From Amphiscolops sp. MND2022 (taxonomy: Eukaryota), in assembly GCA_964187785.1 (NCBI GenBank), contig OZ076409.1:36024001-36088000 (forward strand): a stretch of DNA of 64,000 bases. Direction: 5' to 3'. The stretch's first letter is position 1, and the number at the start of each line of letters is the position of its first letter. The translations under genes and the position numbers were made by a program. The notes beneath the pieces are model-generated. The model worked only from the letters and a program-made list of their open reading frames with translations, was not told the origin of the DNA and searched no databases. Below are positions 51,803 to 64,000 of this stretch, one piece after another.

Positions 51803-54798
51803 TGTGAAAATAACTGTAGAGAGTCTAGAATACTGAACTTAATTGCTGAGAAAACAGAAGTGTGAAAATAGTTATATTACGCAATAATAACAACCTGCCA
51901 AACTTAGCCAAAGTGGCAAATTATCATCAGCTGCCATAACATCAGATTATTATCCGTACTAATTCACAGTTGTTACCGAATTCTCTTCTTTCACTATAAG
52001 TTCAATATCGTCAACGTGGCGCTGCGATCTACTGATGATGAATCTTCTAATTCACCTGTACCACGCCTGAACTACTTTTGGCAAGAGGCCGAGAAAAACC
52101 CTCTTTCGACTGGGAGCAGTGGCAGCAATTATTCGAAGTTGCAGTACTGGCTCGCCACTCAATTTCTGTAACCGAAATCACCAGACGAACAAAACCCTCG
52201 TGTTCCAGCACTGATGGGAAACCTGGAAGAAAATGCGGCTGCAAGAAAGATAGTACGCCTACTTTACATTTCTCTTGGCAAAAATGGCAGAAAAATGATC
52301 ATGGACAAATTCCCTCAAATTAACATCCGGCTTCTTCAATTACCCCAATTCTTGCAACACTGTAATGAGTGCTTCCAAACGCGAAGAAATAAAACTATGG
52401 ATAGACATACCTTTTTGTCAAGAAAGCAGAAGCCGAACGAATCCCTTCACCAGTTTTGGAATGCTTTAAACGGATTGGCGGCTAGATGTCGTTTTCGCAA
52501 TCAGACAGAAGGTCTAGTCCATGACATTTTCGTTCTCAACATGTCAAATAAATTGGTTCAAGAAAAGCTCTGCACAGAGCAAACGATACTCTAGCAGAGG
52601 CTCTCCAATTCGCAATTGCTTTTGAAGATGGGCTAAAGAGACAGAAGACATATGGATACATTGGACAAGAGCCCAAGCTAAAAGAAAAATCAGTCTGTGC
52701 AACCAGCGGAAGTAGCTTCAATACAAGAGAGTGTTGGAGATGTGGCGCTGGAAATTTTACAATGGAACTTCTAAAGTTCTGCAAGTGCCAAATGCGATGT
52801 GTAATTACTGCGGCAGAAAAGGACATTTGGAGAAAGTCTGTAATCAGAAGAAAGACAAATTTCAACAAAATGGCAAACTCAAAGCAAAGGGCAGCAGTGA
52901 GCAAACAAACCGCCGTGTACAATTAGTCGATCAGGAGGATGAAGACGATGGAAATATAATGGTTCTAAATGTAGAAGGAGACGAAAACACGAAACCATAT
53001 TACATGGAAGGATTCATCAACGGAAACAAATTCAAAACAGTGATCGAATCAGGATCACCTGTCACAATTTTTGCGCTAGATGAAGTGAAGCAGATCATGA
53101 AGAGAGAAACCTTTCCCGTGCGCGAGATGATAGAAGGCGAGAAGTATGTGGATTTTAATGGAAAACCATTAAATCTACTGGGATATGTGTTCTGCGAACT
53201 ACAAGTGGGCAATCAGTACATTAAGTAAGAAGGCGAGAATTCTAATTGCCAAAAAGGGAACAAAGTCCATTATCGGTCGCGAGTGGCTCTCTACGTTGAG
53301 ATACAGATTTACGCCAGTGAATGTAGGTGAGTTAGAAGTAAATTCAGTAGAAAAAGACGAGGAGCTAGGTGCGGAATCAAAGCAACTAAGTAACGAATTT
53401 CCAGATTTGTTCAAAAGAAACGGAAGAATGAAAAATTACCAAGTAAAAATCAATCTGAAATCAGACGCAAATGTTTCTCAGCAAAAAAGAAGGCGATTTC
53501 CAAAACAATTACAAAATGCGGTAGATGCGGAAATAAAACGATTACTGAAAGACGGTCATATCGAGAAATTAAACGAAATCAAAGACGATGACTTTATACA
53601 ACCAACGGTAATAACGGTAAAGAAAGACCGTTCAGTGAAAATTGCATTAGACGTTACAGCGTTAAACCAAGCGATTGATTAAGATAAATACCAAATGCCA
53701 AATCTAGATAATTTTCTGGAAATGGTAGCAGAAGAACTTGATAATGAGAATAGAGAGGCATGGTACTCGTCTGTAGATATGACCTATGCATAAGGTCAAA
53801 TTCCTTTACACTCATTAACAGCAAAACACAGCAATTTTCAAATTATTGGAGGCGAATCCACTGGAACAAATAGATTTGTAACAAGTTTTTACGGTCTGAC
53901 GGTAAGACCGTCTTTCCGACAGAATTTCAAAAAGTAATGGATTTACTATTAGCTAAATCCAGAGAAGTATCTAATTTTATTGACGACATTTTAATAGTAA
54001 CCAAGGGAACCAAGAGCGAACATTTAGATAAATTGCGGGAAATAATTAAAGTGATGAATGAAGCGAAATTACAATTAAAGGCGGGAAAATGCAAATTTGC
54101 AAAACAAGAAAGAGAGTGGTTGGGGTTCAAACTGACAAGCTCAGGCATTTCTCCAATTAACACAAAGGTAAGAGGGATTGCCGATAAACTCAGACCAGCC
54201 AATTCGAAAGAATTGAGCTCATTTTTAGGCGCGGTAAATCAATTTAACAGATTAGTTGCAGACTTAGCTACTATTTGTTTTCCCTTCAGATCAATTTTGA
54301 AAAGAGACGCAGGAATGGAATGGGAACGAAGAGCAGGAATCGGCGTTTAAAAACGTAAATGAAGAAGTGAAAAATGTTGCGGAATTGACACATTTCAAAA
54401 CAAAAAACCACTGCGAATAATCTGCGATGCGAGTAAACAAGAGCTAGGAGCGGTCCTCCAACAAAAGGAAGACATGGGCTGGAAGCCAACTTCGTTCGCA
54501 TCAAGGTTTTTTTACGGAACTTGAAGCGAAGTACTCATTTAACGAATTAGAATTACTTGCAGTAGTTAGGGCAATTGAACATTTTAAAAATTACGTCTAC
54601 GGTGAAAAGTTCGGTGTAGTGTCAGACCACAAAGCCTTACAGAGTGTACTGAAAGCGAATAAAGGAAACAAAACTTTCTCAAGCAGGCTAACCAGGTGGG
54701 TAGACAGACTACTTCCCTTTGATTTTTCAGTAATACACGCACCGGGTAGAACGATAGGATTAGCCGATTTTTTTTCACGACACCCTTTCGAATATTGG
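51803..54798 (+). mobile_element. Ty3/Gypsy element D, 5' part (LTR, PBS, gag, PR, RT, RNase H), truncated by repeat copy B
   Basis: PBS TGGCGCTGCGA at 52017; gag FWNALNGLAARC, knuckle CNYCGRKGHLEKVC; VIESGS protease; FIDD RT; ICDAS RNase H; ends at GLADFFSRHP. Confidence 0.9.
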
Positions 54799-57700
54799 GG
54801 TCGACATCTATGTTTAGTGGATCTCAATTTCAGCGCAAACCAAATATTGTCCAGTATGCCCATCATTGACTAATCACATTCAAAACTTTTGAGCTACCTA
54901 AAGTGTACATGAAAAAACAATCACTAATCCGTAATCTTGAATCTATACCCATTTTTAGTACATGTACCGAAAATATTTCAGTGGAGATTGTCGATTTTCT
55001 TCTCACGAGTAAATATTAAGTGCCTCAAAGTTTGACAGTGAAATCAGCTGACCTCAATGAACCAAAAGACAAACAAAAACTTACCAAACTTGTTTGTAAT
55101 TTAAGTGAAAATCAAAAACTAGGTTCGCAAACAAAACATTATATAGATAGGTATTAAAAGCTAACTTCCGCAATATTTATCATGGAATTTTCAAACAAAC
55201 ACGAATGTAAACTAGATTAATTTCAAATTCCAAGAAAATTCAATCAACTGAATTTTTATTTATTATCAAAAGTTCAAGAGGGCGGAAAAGGGTTTGGACA
55301 GAAGAATGGAACGTTCCAATCATTAATATCAATTAGGGGGTTCATTCTTTTATCACAGGCCTTTGCAGCAGCGTATTAAAGTTTAGCAACTCTATCACTC
55401 AAAGCGGCAAAATTCAAAACCAATTAACTCGCAAACTGTCACAAACACATAAAACTCATCTAGACACGTTTCTTAAAATTTTATCTACTTTACGAAAACG
55501 TTTGTTTGAAACTTCTACGACCTATTTTGAGAAAATTGATAATTGCAAACTTAAACTTTAACTGAAATTTTAGTTTTTTCAATATTTGAGGCTCAAGTTC
55601 GGCGTTTTTGGAATTAAAAGATATCCAAAAAACAATCTCCCTAATTTATCGATTTGTCGCGATTGAGAATTTGTTTGAAATCAGAAAAAATGTACTCTAT
55701 TTAGTGTCTATGAACAATGCAACACATGTATTAAGATAGGCCATAAAAATTGTCTTTAGAAACCTGATGATTTTGATTTGAAATCGAAAAATTATTTCAA
55801 TCAAATTATATCGGCATCCTCAGGAGATTTTGCAGCAAATAATTGACCAAAAATTTTCCTAGCTGACAACTTTTCATTTTCTTGGCAGTTTTCAAAATAT
55901 TTGGATTTGAATTTCTCAATTTTGAACAATGGAGTTGCTCTGTTTTAGAACGCTGTAGAGGTGTACATTTCAAGGTGTAGTAGCCAAATTTCAACCTGAT
56001 GAGTTTGCGCAGTAGATGACAAGAAGCTAGCAAATATTTCGATGGTAAAATTTTGTGAAGCATTTTTGTGAAAATTTGTGGCGAGTTTGAGTCGAATTGG
56101 TTTTAACTCTGACATCCTAATACATGAGCAGTACCATCCTTTTATGCGACATGAAGGTTATTTTAAATCACAGTACTGTATACGTATATACAGATATAAA
56201 ACTTCCTTGCAATTACTTCCTAAGATAAAGAGATGTTTGAAGGTTTTCGGTGTTTTCGCTCTACAGAGACTAGCTAAATGCAACTCTGAAAGGTCTCAGG
56301 CCACCGGTTTCAATAAAATTGAGTGTTTCCCGAGGTAATCAGTGAATGCAATAGCGCCAACCAATTCTTTAATGGACAAAACTCGAATGGATAATACTCG
56401 AAAATTTTTTGTCAGATGGAAAAAAGGTTTCAAAGATAAAAAGAGTCAAAGCACTAAGCACAAAAGCATAGCAAAAATTGGATAATCTTAGACACACAAG
56501 TGTTCAACTCAGAGTCCCTTAAGCTGAACTTTCAATGACTTTGAAAGCAATGGACGTCCGATCTCCAAGAAAAGAACTGTCACGCTTTCGGCACACTTTG
56601 TTTCATCTCAATTGCAAAATTTATGTTTGTGTGCATTTTTTTCAACGGATGCTTGTAAAGTGCACTTCTAAAAATTTTGAGTGATGGAATTTTGAAAACC
56701 CATTGAACACGTGCTCGTCAAATGCCTCATGGGCTCTGTGGATTGTAAGATTAGGCGTTCTCTGAGGTACAGGATAAGCTGTGCAGTTTGTGATTCGCAC
56801 ATATAAGATGGTGATCAAAGACAAAGCGATTTATTACTGTCCTTAGTGCGTTGCTCGCAGATTTTCCACATCGTAAAGTTTAAAAAGCTACTCCAAAAAC
56901 AAAGCACTTATAAAGGGTAGAGTTTATTATTTTTTATTTTATAACAATGTCCGAGGAACAGCGTGAACAAATTTTGGGACTTATCAGGCTTTAAAAAACG
57001 TTTTGTGCGCACTTTAATTTGACAAAAAGAGCATCAACAACCAGCTGAACTCCGTAGTAGCAATGATTCAATTTTTTTGAATTATCTTAGTCCGTTGAGC
57101 CTCAATGGAACAGTTCAATTACCATTGGAGCCTAACGTCTTGGAAAAAAAAGATACAAAAATTCGCTCAAAATTCATCAGGGTTCAAACATGGTTCAAAA
57201 GTCCAGTTTAATAATTTTGAAGCAATTGTGAACAAGAGGCACTGCAATATATTTGTATATTATTTATTGCGCCTTCGGGAAGAAAATCAAACACCCCCAG
57301 TCTGCCAAATTTGACAGAGAAAAAGTATCGAACAATTTCAGACTAAAATCTTTTTAAATCTGAAAACTAATTCATGCATGTATGCATTTAGAGTTCCACA
57401 GTGGCATTTTGTAAAGAAGTTTTCTTGTCTTCGTCATGGAAATTTCTAGTATGTAATTCTGAGATAACCTTGTTAATTGTGTGATAGCCCATTTTTATCG
57501 TTGTATAAAGTTATTCAAAAGATGTTAGAAAATGTTGTTCAACTTGGAAACGTACAAAAATCGACACTTGTCAGATCTTGCTACCTTTTTTCTGGGAACA
57601 CAAAAAATCATACGAATTTGGATTTAACGTCCAGAAGTCGGAGTCAGCGCGTTTTTTTTCGCTATATACGATATATCAGGACGTGGCATTAAAATTGTTT

Positions 57701-58364
57701 AATGATCATCATTAGAGTCATCAATCTTATTGATATTCGAATTATTATCCATATCGTTTCTAGGAATTCTCAATTTGAAAAAAGCAAACTTCAAAAAAAG
57801 CTGGAATTCGAACTTCGCTTTTCCTTGGAAGCTGATTCGGACATAACGTCAACAATTAGGACAAACTGCATTTCTTGTTAATAACCGTAATTTCAAGAAG
57901 CTGTTTTTCAGTTCCATTCAAAAGGATACAAAAGTTTCAAATACCAGAGATGTAGGAAACGACGCTGTTAAGATGCCAACTTCCATCCAAGGAGGGACTA
58001 ATTGGTGAAAAATCCAAGGAAAAGACTAATGGGCTTTTTTCCTTAAGGGAAAAGGCGCCCACTAAAAAAACGACGTGCAATGCAATTTCTTTATTGAAAA
58101 CATAAATAAAGCGAGAGTGGACACTTTGATGAAATATTTTTCGAAAAAAGGCTGAGTAACCAAAAAATCCTAAAATATTGCACCTTGTGACCTCGTGTAC
58201 CTTTGCAAAACTCTCCTTCGAGGCAAGAATTATTGAAACCATTTTTGAAACAATAACCGCGCTAAAACTGTAATTTTCAGAAAAACAAAAAATAATGAAG
58301 CATCAAATACATTTGTTTTTTTTTCACACAGATAGATCCAGGATATCGTTGGTAAACATATACC
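54799..58364. repeat. Copy B of the unclassified element (~3.6 kb)
   Basis: Direct repeat of 48416-51802, with an extra ~180 bp (~55375-55555) absent from copy A. Confidence 0.9.
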
Positions 58365-58969
58365 AACGAGGTGTCATAAACGAGGTGTCACATTCAGCGA
58401 GGAAGGAAAAGTTCACTACCAGATTTCACACCGATTCCAGAGATCAGCACAAAGAGGTACCTCAAATAGGCTGAAAAAGAGTCATGCCCCATAAAAGCCA
58501 CAGCAAAGTGGGAGCGGGATGAGAAGCCACCAGAAGCCGCTAAAAGATCATCAGAAAGAATTCGCGTACCAACAAAAAGATACGGAATCGATCTCATCCA
58601 AGAGAATAAAGAACCCGAAGATTAAAACAAAAACGATTGATAAACATTACCTTTACTGTAACGTAAACTGTACTACCAGTTTTATTTGAGTTTAATTTTA
58701 GTAAAACATTGTTGAAAAAACTGAGGATTGATAATTGTACAAATTCTCCCAAAACGGGGAATGTGGTAGAGATCACTGAAGTGTCATTTGTAAATATGTA
58801 CCAACAACCTGTTAAAAGTCTAGCTCTAGATTACCATGCTAGCATCAGTTTGCCACATGAGCCTTAAGAAAGAAACACGTTAACAGAAAACACTTCGATT
58901 CAACATTCTACGTAATACATTCTTCATCCTCTCATTCTTTTATATTTCTATTCGAGTTCCACGTCAACA
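58365..58969 (+). mobile_element. Gypsy 3' remnant: pol C-terminus, PPT and LTR
   Basis: RIRVPTKRYGID (cf. KRVPTKRYGID in Gypsy C); AAAACGGGGAA PPT followed by a TG...CAACA LTR at 58762-58969. Confidence 0.7.
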
Positions 58970-60709
58970 AGCACATAGCCTGTTACGGCCTCAAACTTTC
59001 CGTTGAAAGAGTGCGTAAGACCACAATACATAAATGGCTCAAAATTTTCCATTTCTGCATAGGCAAGCAGTGAAATTGTCTTATAGGTCCAGAATAGCAG
59101 TTTTTAAGGATTGAAACTCTTTTATAAGTGAATTCAACTTGAAATGTCCTTGTATCTGTCTTTAGTTTCGAGATATAAGGCTCGAAATAAGGAGTTCATA
59201 GATTTTTCAAAAATTTGTTCACGTTTTTGATAATAACTTCATTTCGCTAACAGGTAGCCCATGGTGATCTCAGAAACCTGAATTTCGAAATTGTAGATGC
59301 AACGGCTGTTGACTAATCGCTTCCAAGGTAAAGGCAGATTTCGCTGCACTTTTTCGATGGCCGGAAAAGATGTAAAAAAGCTACCTTTTCATGGCAGCAC
59401 GACAACAGTCTTGGCTTCGCTTTGCTACTCAAGCTGAAATCTTATGCTGAGACTTACACAACACATTAAATGAGAATGTTAAATTTGCTAAGATCAAGTT
59501 ACTATATTCCAAAGTCGATTGCAATTTGTGTAGTTAAACTGAAATTGTAGTTAAATTGCAGAATCCAAATAATCACAAAATTAATTGGCACTTAAAAATG
59601 AAAATGTTTCATACTCGTTGTGTTTGTAATATGCAGTATAAAATGGAATTGATACATTCGAAATATGGAATGAATAATCTATGATGATCAAATGGTATCA
59701 TGTAATTTGTTGACAAAAAATCAATCTAGACTGATTTCCGAATAACGAAGTGGTGAAAATATCGCGTTGGTTTCAAAAACTGCACAAATGATGCAAAAGA
59801 TGTGAAAAACTAGCACTTCACACATGGTTCCATTTTGTCCATGTTCGACCAGATTTCATTTTGTTCCCTTGGTCGAACTGAAAGTTGATCTTTCAACATT
59901 ACTCGAGTTGGTATGCAACAAGATTCCGCACAAATTAACAACAATCAAAATATTTCAAGTCTGCACTAATAGAGGAAGTGAAGGAGTTGAGGCTTATTGC
60001 AGGAATTATCTGAGAACATGAAATAAAAGGAACAATTGACGTGCACTTTTTGGAAAAAAATGACGGATTACATGATAAAAACGATTGGCTAAAAAAGTCC
60101 ATTTTCGCAGAAAAAGCAAAAAGCACTGAACAAAAAAACGAGAAAAATTGAAGATACCTTAAATCACATATTGTGATTTTTGAGATTGTTTGACAAGCAT
60201 AAGCATGAAATTTTGCTTCCAAAGTAATACGAGTCCATTGAGTAAATTTGTGCGGTTGCTTGTATTCAGCATTCATATTTCTCTGGGTAGGGGAAAAGTG
60301 AGGAAGTTTACGATGAATTCAGCTTGCAGCCCAATTTTGAGGAAAAAGTTACTCGCAATGCAAATCTCAAGAACGGAGTGGTTCAATTCATTTTGTCGCA
60401 AACAAATGTAAGACTGACGAATGAATGCACTCAACATTATGAACTTCATTTTGAAGCTTTTCAGAGCAGGATAGTATTTGGAACATTTGAAACCCGCTTA
60501 TCGACGTCCGATGCAAAACAATTGCCTACCCCAAAATCAAGACATTTCACCCCATATTATTTCGATTGCTGCAATCTCAGAAGCTCCAAACTGTTATTTC
60601 ATGGCACCAGTTGCGCCCAAAGGGCCTAATAGGAGAACTTAGACTCATAGGCCACTCGGGATGAGTGAGAGTTTGTTGTATAAGCAGTTCTGATTGATTG
60701 GTTAGTTAG

Positions 60710-60901
60710 TTAGTCACAGTCCTCGTCATCGTCCACCTCACCGGCGTCAGAGTCGTTCATGCGCTCGGTGATGAAATTGGCGTTCTCGGACATGAGGGCA
60801 GTCGTCTCCTCGCAGGTGAGCCTCTTTTTGGCAGCCTCGTAATCGCCTGTCTCCAGGTCATTCTGCATGACCCCCTCTAGCAGAAATGACTTGTACGTTT
60901 T
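60710..60901 (-). CDS. CADPS: CAPS/unc-31 (calcium-dependent secretion activator), last exon
   Basis: AG|KTYKSFLLEGVMQNDLETGDYEAAKKRLTCEETTALMSE..MNDSDAGEVDDDEDCD*; matches the CAPS C-terminus KTYRDFRLQGV..RLTVEEATA plus acidic tail as I recall it. Confidence 0.92.
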   Translation of the reverse strand, partial: KTYKSFLLEGVMQNDLETGDYEAAKKRLTCEETTALMSENANFITERMNDSDAGEVDDDEDCD

Positions 60902-61535
60902 CTAGAAAACACAAAACCACATCAATAAGAACCACATCCATGCATTTGATCATATCACTTGATCGTATCTTGCTTATTAACGATGGAGCTTCGCAGTTTT
61001 CACGATCAATAAGTTTCAGCCAAAATGAGGTAAAGAAATTTCAACAGACAAACAGACGTCATCAGGAGTAGGGGAAAATCAGGTTACAATTACAGCTAAT
61101 TGATTGCAGAAAATGCCATTAAATGCATTAGTTTATTGCAATAAGGTACCAAAACATTTTATAAGATTGCTAAGATTTTAAAAAATCAATTCTTATTAAC
61201 TTTGGACCTATTTTAGGACCTCTGGAACTGAAAGAAAAGATTTAATTTCGCTTAATGCAATTTTGAAAAGCTAATCAGTTCATTAAATGGAGAGAGAATA
61301 ATTATCCTGAGGCAGGAAATATTGCCTTTAAAAATTGCAGGAAACAGGCTGATTTATTCAGCTGGTTATTTTTTTTACACAGAATTCTTAATTATCAGAG
61401 GCATTTTGCAGTCAAGTTTGATAGCATACTCTGTCAAGAACAGAAAACGTATCGTAAACCTTGTATTAATCACTTTTATCTCAAAGGGTGTGAATTAACA
61501 AAGCTGGTCACAATTTTTGGGCGGACGTGAGTAAC

Positions 61536-61640
61536 CTTGAGAATGGTGGACAGAGTGACCAATTGGAAGATGTGTAGTTGTTGTGAGGCCCGCTCACAGA
61601 GCCATGTGCTCATCATCTTCATCAACTTCTGATACCACAA
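61536..61640 (-). CDS. CADPS: CAPS/unc-31 exon
   Basis: AG|LWYQKLMKMMSTWLCERASQQLHIFQLVTLSTILK|GT, phase 0; cf. CAPS WY..TWLTDR..QLHIYQL. Confidence 0.92.
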
Positions 61641-62014
61641 CTGAAAAAAAATACAATCTCTTATTTCACCTTGGCCGTAAAATGCAATCTCTGCAATTAG
61701 TATGCCATGGCAAGGAAGCAGAATGAAATCTACTATTCATCTTCCATCCATTCATTCATCCTGAAATGTACAGTATGGACCAAAATGACAAGCAGTGTAA
61801 TACTGCTTCAATAAAAAACTTTTCATCTCCAGTGGGTGGGAGTTCACTATTTTCAATATATTGAAAGAAGGTTATAATAGCAGCCCTGTTTTCTGCACAG
61901 TTATATCTTTTCTTCAGCTGTCCTCAAGACTTGAGACTTTATATTAAAAATACATATATTTTTCAAGAACCAATCATTGATGAGTGAGAGGTCAAAGACA
62001 TGTACACTACTCAC

Positions 62015-62137
62015 AATGAAGACTTCCAGCACATAATCCTCATCGATGAGCAGTTCGTGCAGTTTCTGCTGGTTCTTCCTCACGAATGTCATGTAAGGTC
62101 TAGCCAGGTCTTGGCCGGAAACTTGCGTCTTTTGGGC
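62015..62137 (-). CDS. CADPS: CAPS/unc-31 exon
   Basis: AG|AQKTQVSGQDLARPYMTFVRKNQQKLHELLIDEDYVLEVFI|GTGAGT, phase 0; cf. CAPS GMDLADAYVTFVR. Confidence 0.9.
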
Positions 62138-62573
62138 CTGAAGAAAGCCTCCTCGTTAATGGTAAATATCAAATATATAATCCTCGAGGCAACTAATATG
62201 GCTGACAACCCGTAACATATGCCATTCATAACAACGAAATAATAACTTGGAAACGTCAGAACTCCGCTTAGGGCTCAAAAAGCTAGGACAGGAGGCGGGA
62301 CTTTGTGAAAGTCTGTAAAAATAAATCATTCAGAGTGGACTGGGACTGTTTGATCTGGAGAAAAAAATAGTCAATTTAGTCGCTGTATTGGTCGGGCACA
62401 ATTCTTACAAGATGTTTAAAAATCTTCTAAATAATGAAGTCTTGTTGCATCAACCTTTAGAATTATTAGAATTAAACGAATTGCTACTCATTCTTGTCAC
62501 TTGAAGTTTCTGCTTTGGAATTTAAATTCTCTTTGGAAACTTAGACAACAGAAAATTGAAATAGAAATCTTTA

Positions 62574-63017
62574 AACAAGCCTTTCATATCTAAGGCTCAA
62601 AATTGTAAAAGGGGGGGACCCCAAAAAAATTTTTTAAAATGTGATTTTTGAACAGTGTCACAGTGCCGAAAAATGTAAAAGGGGGGACCCTTTGGGATTT
62701 TTTGAGATCCATTGTGTTGCAAAATATCGAAACAAATGAAGGGGGACCCTTTGGTGCAATCCAAAAAATTTCAAAAAAAGGTCGCATAGTGCCGAAAAAA
62801 AGTGGGGCTAAGGTGGGATCCTTAGTGTCTTTTCAAGGTTCTGGGCGTGTTTTGTATTTTCTTTTCGTTTTGGACGCGCTTCTGAGGTTCGAGTGTTTTG
62901 AACCTCAATAGTTCAAGTTGTTGAACAAATGAACAAAAAAGTGGACCTTACGCGAGTAAAAAAAACTACCCACTGTAAGAGTCGGGCACATTTTCTACTA
63001 AAATGCGCCGACTAAAA
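62574..63017 (-). mobile_element. HINE-like element in a CAPS intron; a second family terminus follows at ~63130-63178
   Basis: AACAAGC..ATATCTAAGGCTC end (hairpin and subTIR deleted) and AGTCGGGC..GCGCCGACTAAAA end. Confidence 0.6.
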
Positions 63018-63230
63018 CTCAAAGGTACCCGCTGTCCCTTTTTGGTTCTCTTTTGATCTTAGGCGAAAATTAGAACATTTATAGAACTATTTTGCTCAGT
63101 ACGAGGGGATTGAAAAAAAAAACGACGAAGAGCCACGATAATAGTCGGTCTACATTTCATATAGCGCCGACTAAAAAATTCAAGCTTTTAGATTTATTTT
63201 CTTCAAATGAAACTCTTGGGTTGCACTAAC

Positions 63231-63287
63231 TTGAGTTTCTTGACCAGGTTTAGCAACAGGTTTGGAGAATGCAGGTAGGGTGAACTT
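63231..63287 (-). CDS. CADPS: Putative small in-frame CAPS exon (19 aa)
   Basis: TTTCAG|KFTLPAFSKPVAKPGQETQ|GTTAGT; 57 nt, phase 0 on both sides. Confidence 0.6.
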
Positions 63288-63375
63288 CTGAAACAGTGAA
63301 GGTGATTTGCCCCATGTAGCATATCAAGATGATGATAAATAGGGTCCTGGTAGTGATAAATTAGAGAAAACTCAC

Positions 63376-63474
63376 CGATTTGATGTTGGTTGTGAATGTG
63401 AACACTGAAGAAAGTACATTCGTTTCGTCGTAGCGAGCCAGTGACGAAAGGGTGCTCTCAAAAACTGCATCGAG
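63376..63474 (-). CDS. CADPS: CAPS/unc-31 exon; the gene continues beyond the right edge
   Basis: AG|LDAVFESTLSSLARYDETNVLSSVFTFTTNIKS|GTGAG; cf. CAPS [20 protein letters not shown]. Confidence 0.92.
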
Positions 63475-64000
63475 CTGAAGACACAGAAATTACGTCACTT
63501 TCAAATTTATTTGCATTACAAAAAATCCTCATTTTCACATATACCACCCACCTACTTCCCTATTTCAATTCTATTTGATTCACTTAATTTGAGAAGTTTT
63601 TAAAACATTTACAAAAAATCAGCCGTTCAGGGCTCATTAAAAATCGGCAACTGCAATGCAAAACTTTTGAAGACCAAAAAGTATATATATCGTTTCTAAA
63701 TAACTTGATACGGATAAAATCCCATTTTAAAGAGTTTGGAAAAACACGCGATGCCCTATTGCCAACGAAACCCAAAATTTCTCGTCTAGCTAAGAAATAG
63801 CTTCGAGATCGCCTCGTCGAAAAACAATTCTTTTGTTTCAATAAAATACTGCGCAAAAAATATTCAAAACGTTTTAAAATAAACCAGTCTCAGCAACTGG
63901 AGGAAATGAAAATGTTCCATGTGAGGATGACGTACCCCTGTGCGAATGATTCAACGAGCAAACTGTCTTAATTACTGACGACTTGTTTTAAAAGGTCTAT

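Noticed and set aside
48416..58364. The 3.4-kb direct repeats as the LTRs of Gypsy D
   Set aside because: They lack TG...CA ends, Gypsy D has its own short LTR and PBS, and copy B interrupts pol with no PPT.
51803..58969. Gypsy D 5' part and the 58.4-59.0 kb remnant as one proven element
   Set aside because: The two LTR candidates are only weakly similar and no TSD matches, so I left them as separate features.

Overview
AT-rich animal genomic DNA that is mostly transposable elements. The only host gene I recognise is the 3' end of CAPS/unc-31 (minus strand, five phase-0 exons, 60710-63474). The rest contains four degraded Ty3/Gypsy LTR retrotransposons plus fragments, two hAT elements with TIRs and 8-bp TSDs, two MULE transposase remnants, MITEs, a CR1/L2-like LINE remnant, several Helentron-like non-autonomous elements, and two copies of an unclassified 3.4-3.6 kb element. 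The most unusual feature is a 15.7-kb Gypsy element (9537-25196, minus strand; ~1.56-kb LTRs, GTGCA TSD). Between pol and the 3' LTR it carries an antisense gene with four predicted spliceosomal introns, encoding a zinc-finger, apparently catalytically degenerate hAT-transposase-like protein. It also carries two extra sense ORFs. Gag starts about 190 codons inside the 5' LTR and reads through the PBS, and the last ORF reads through the PPT into the 3' LTR. All calls are by eye from motifs, with no database search. The repeat landscape reminds me of acoel worm genomes, but that is an unverified guess.
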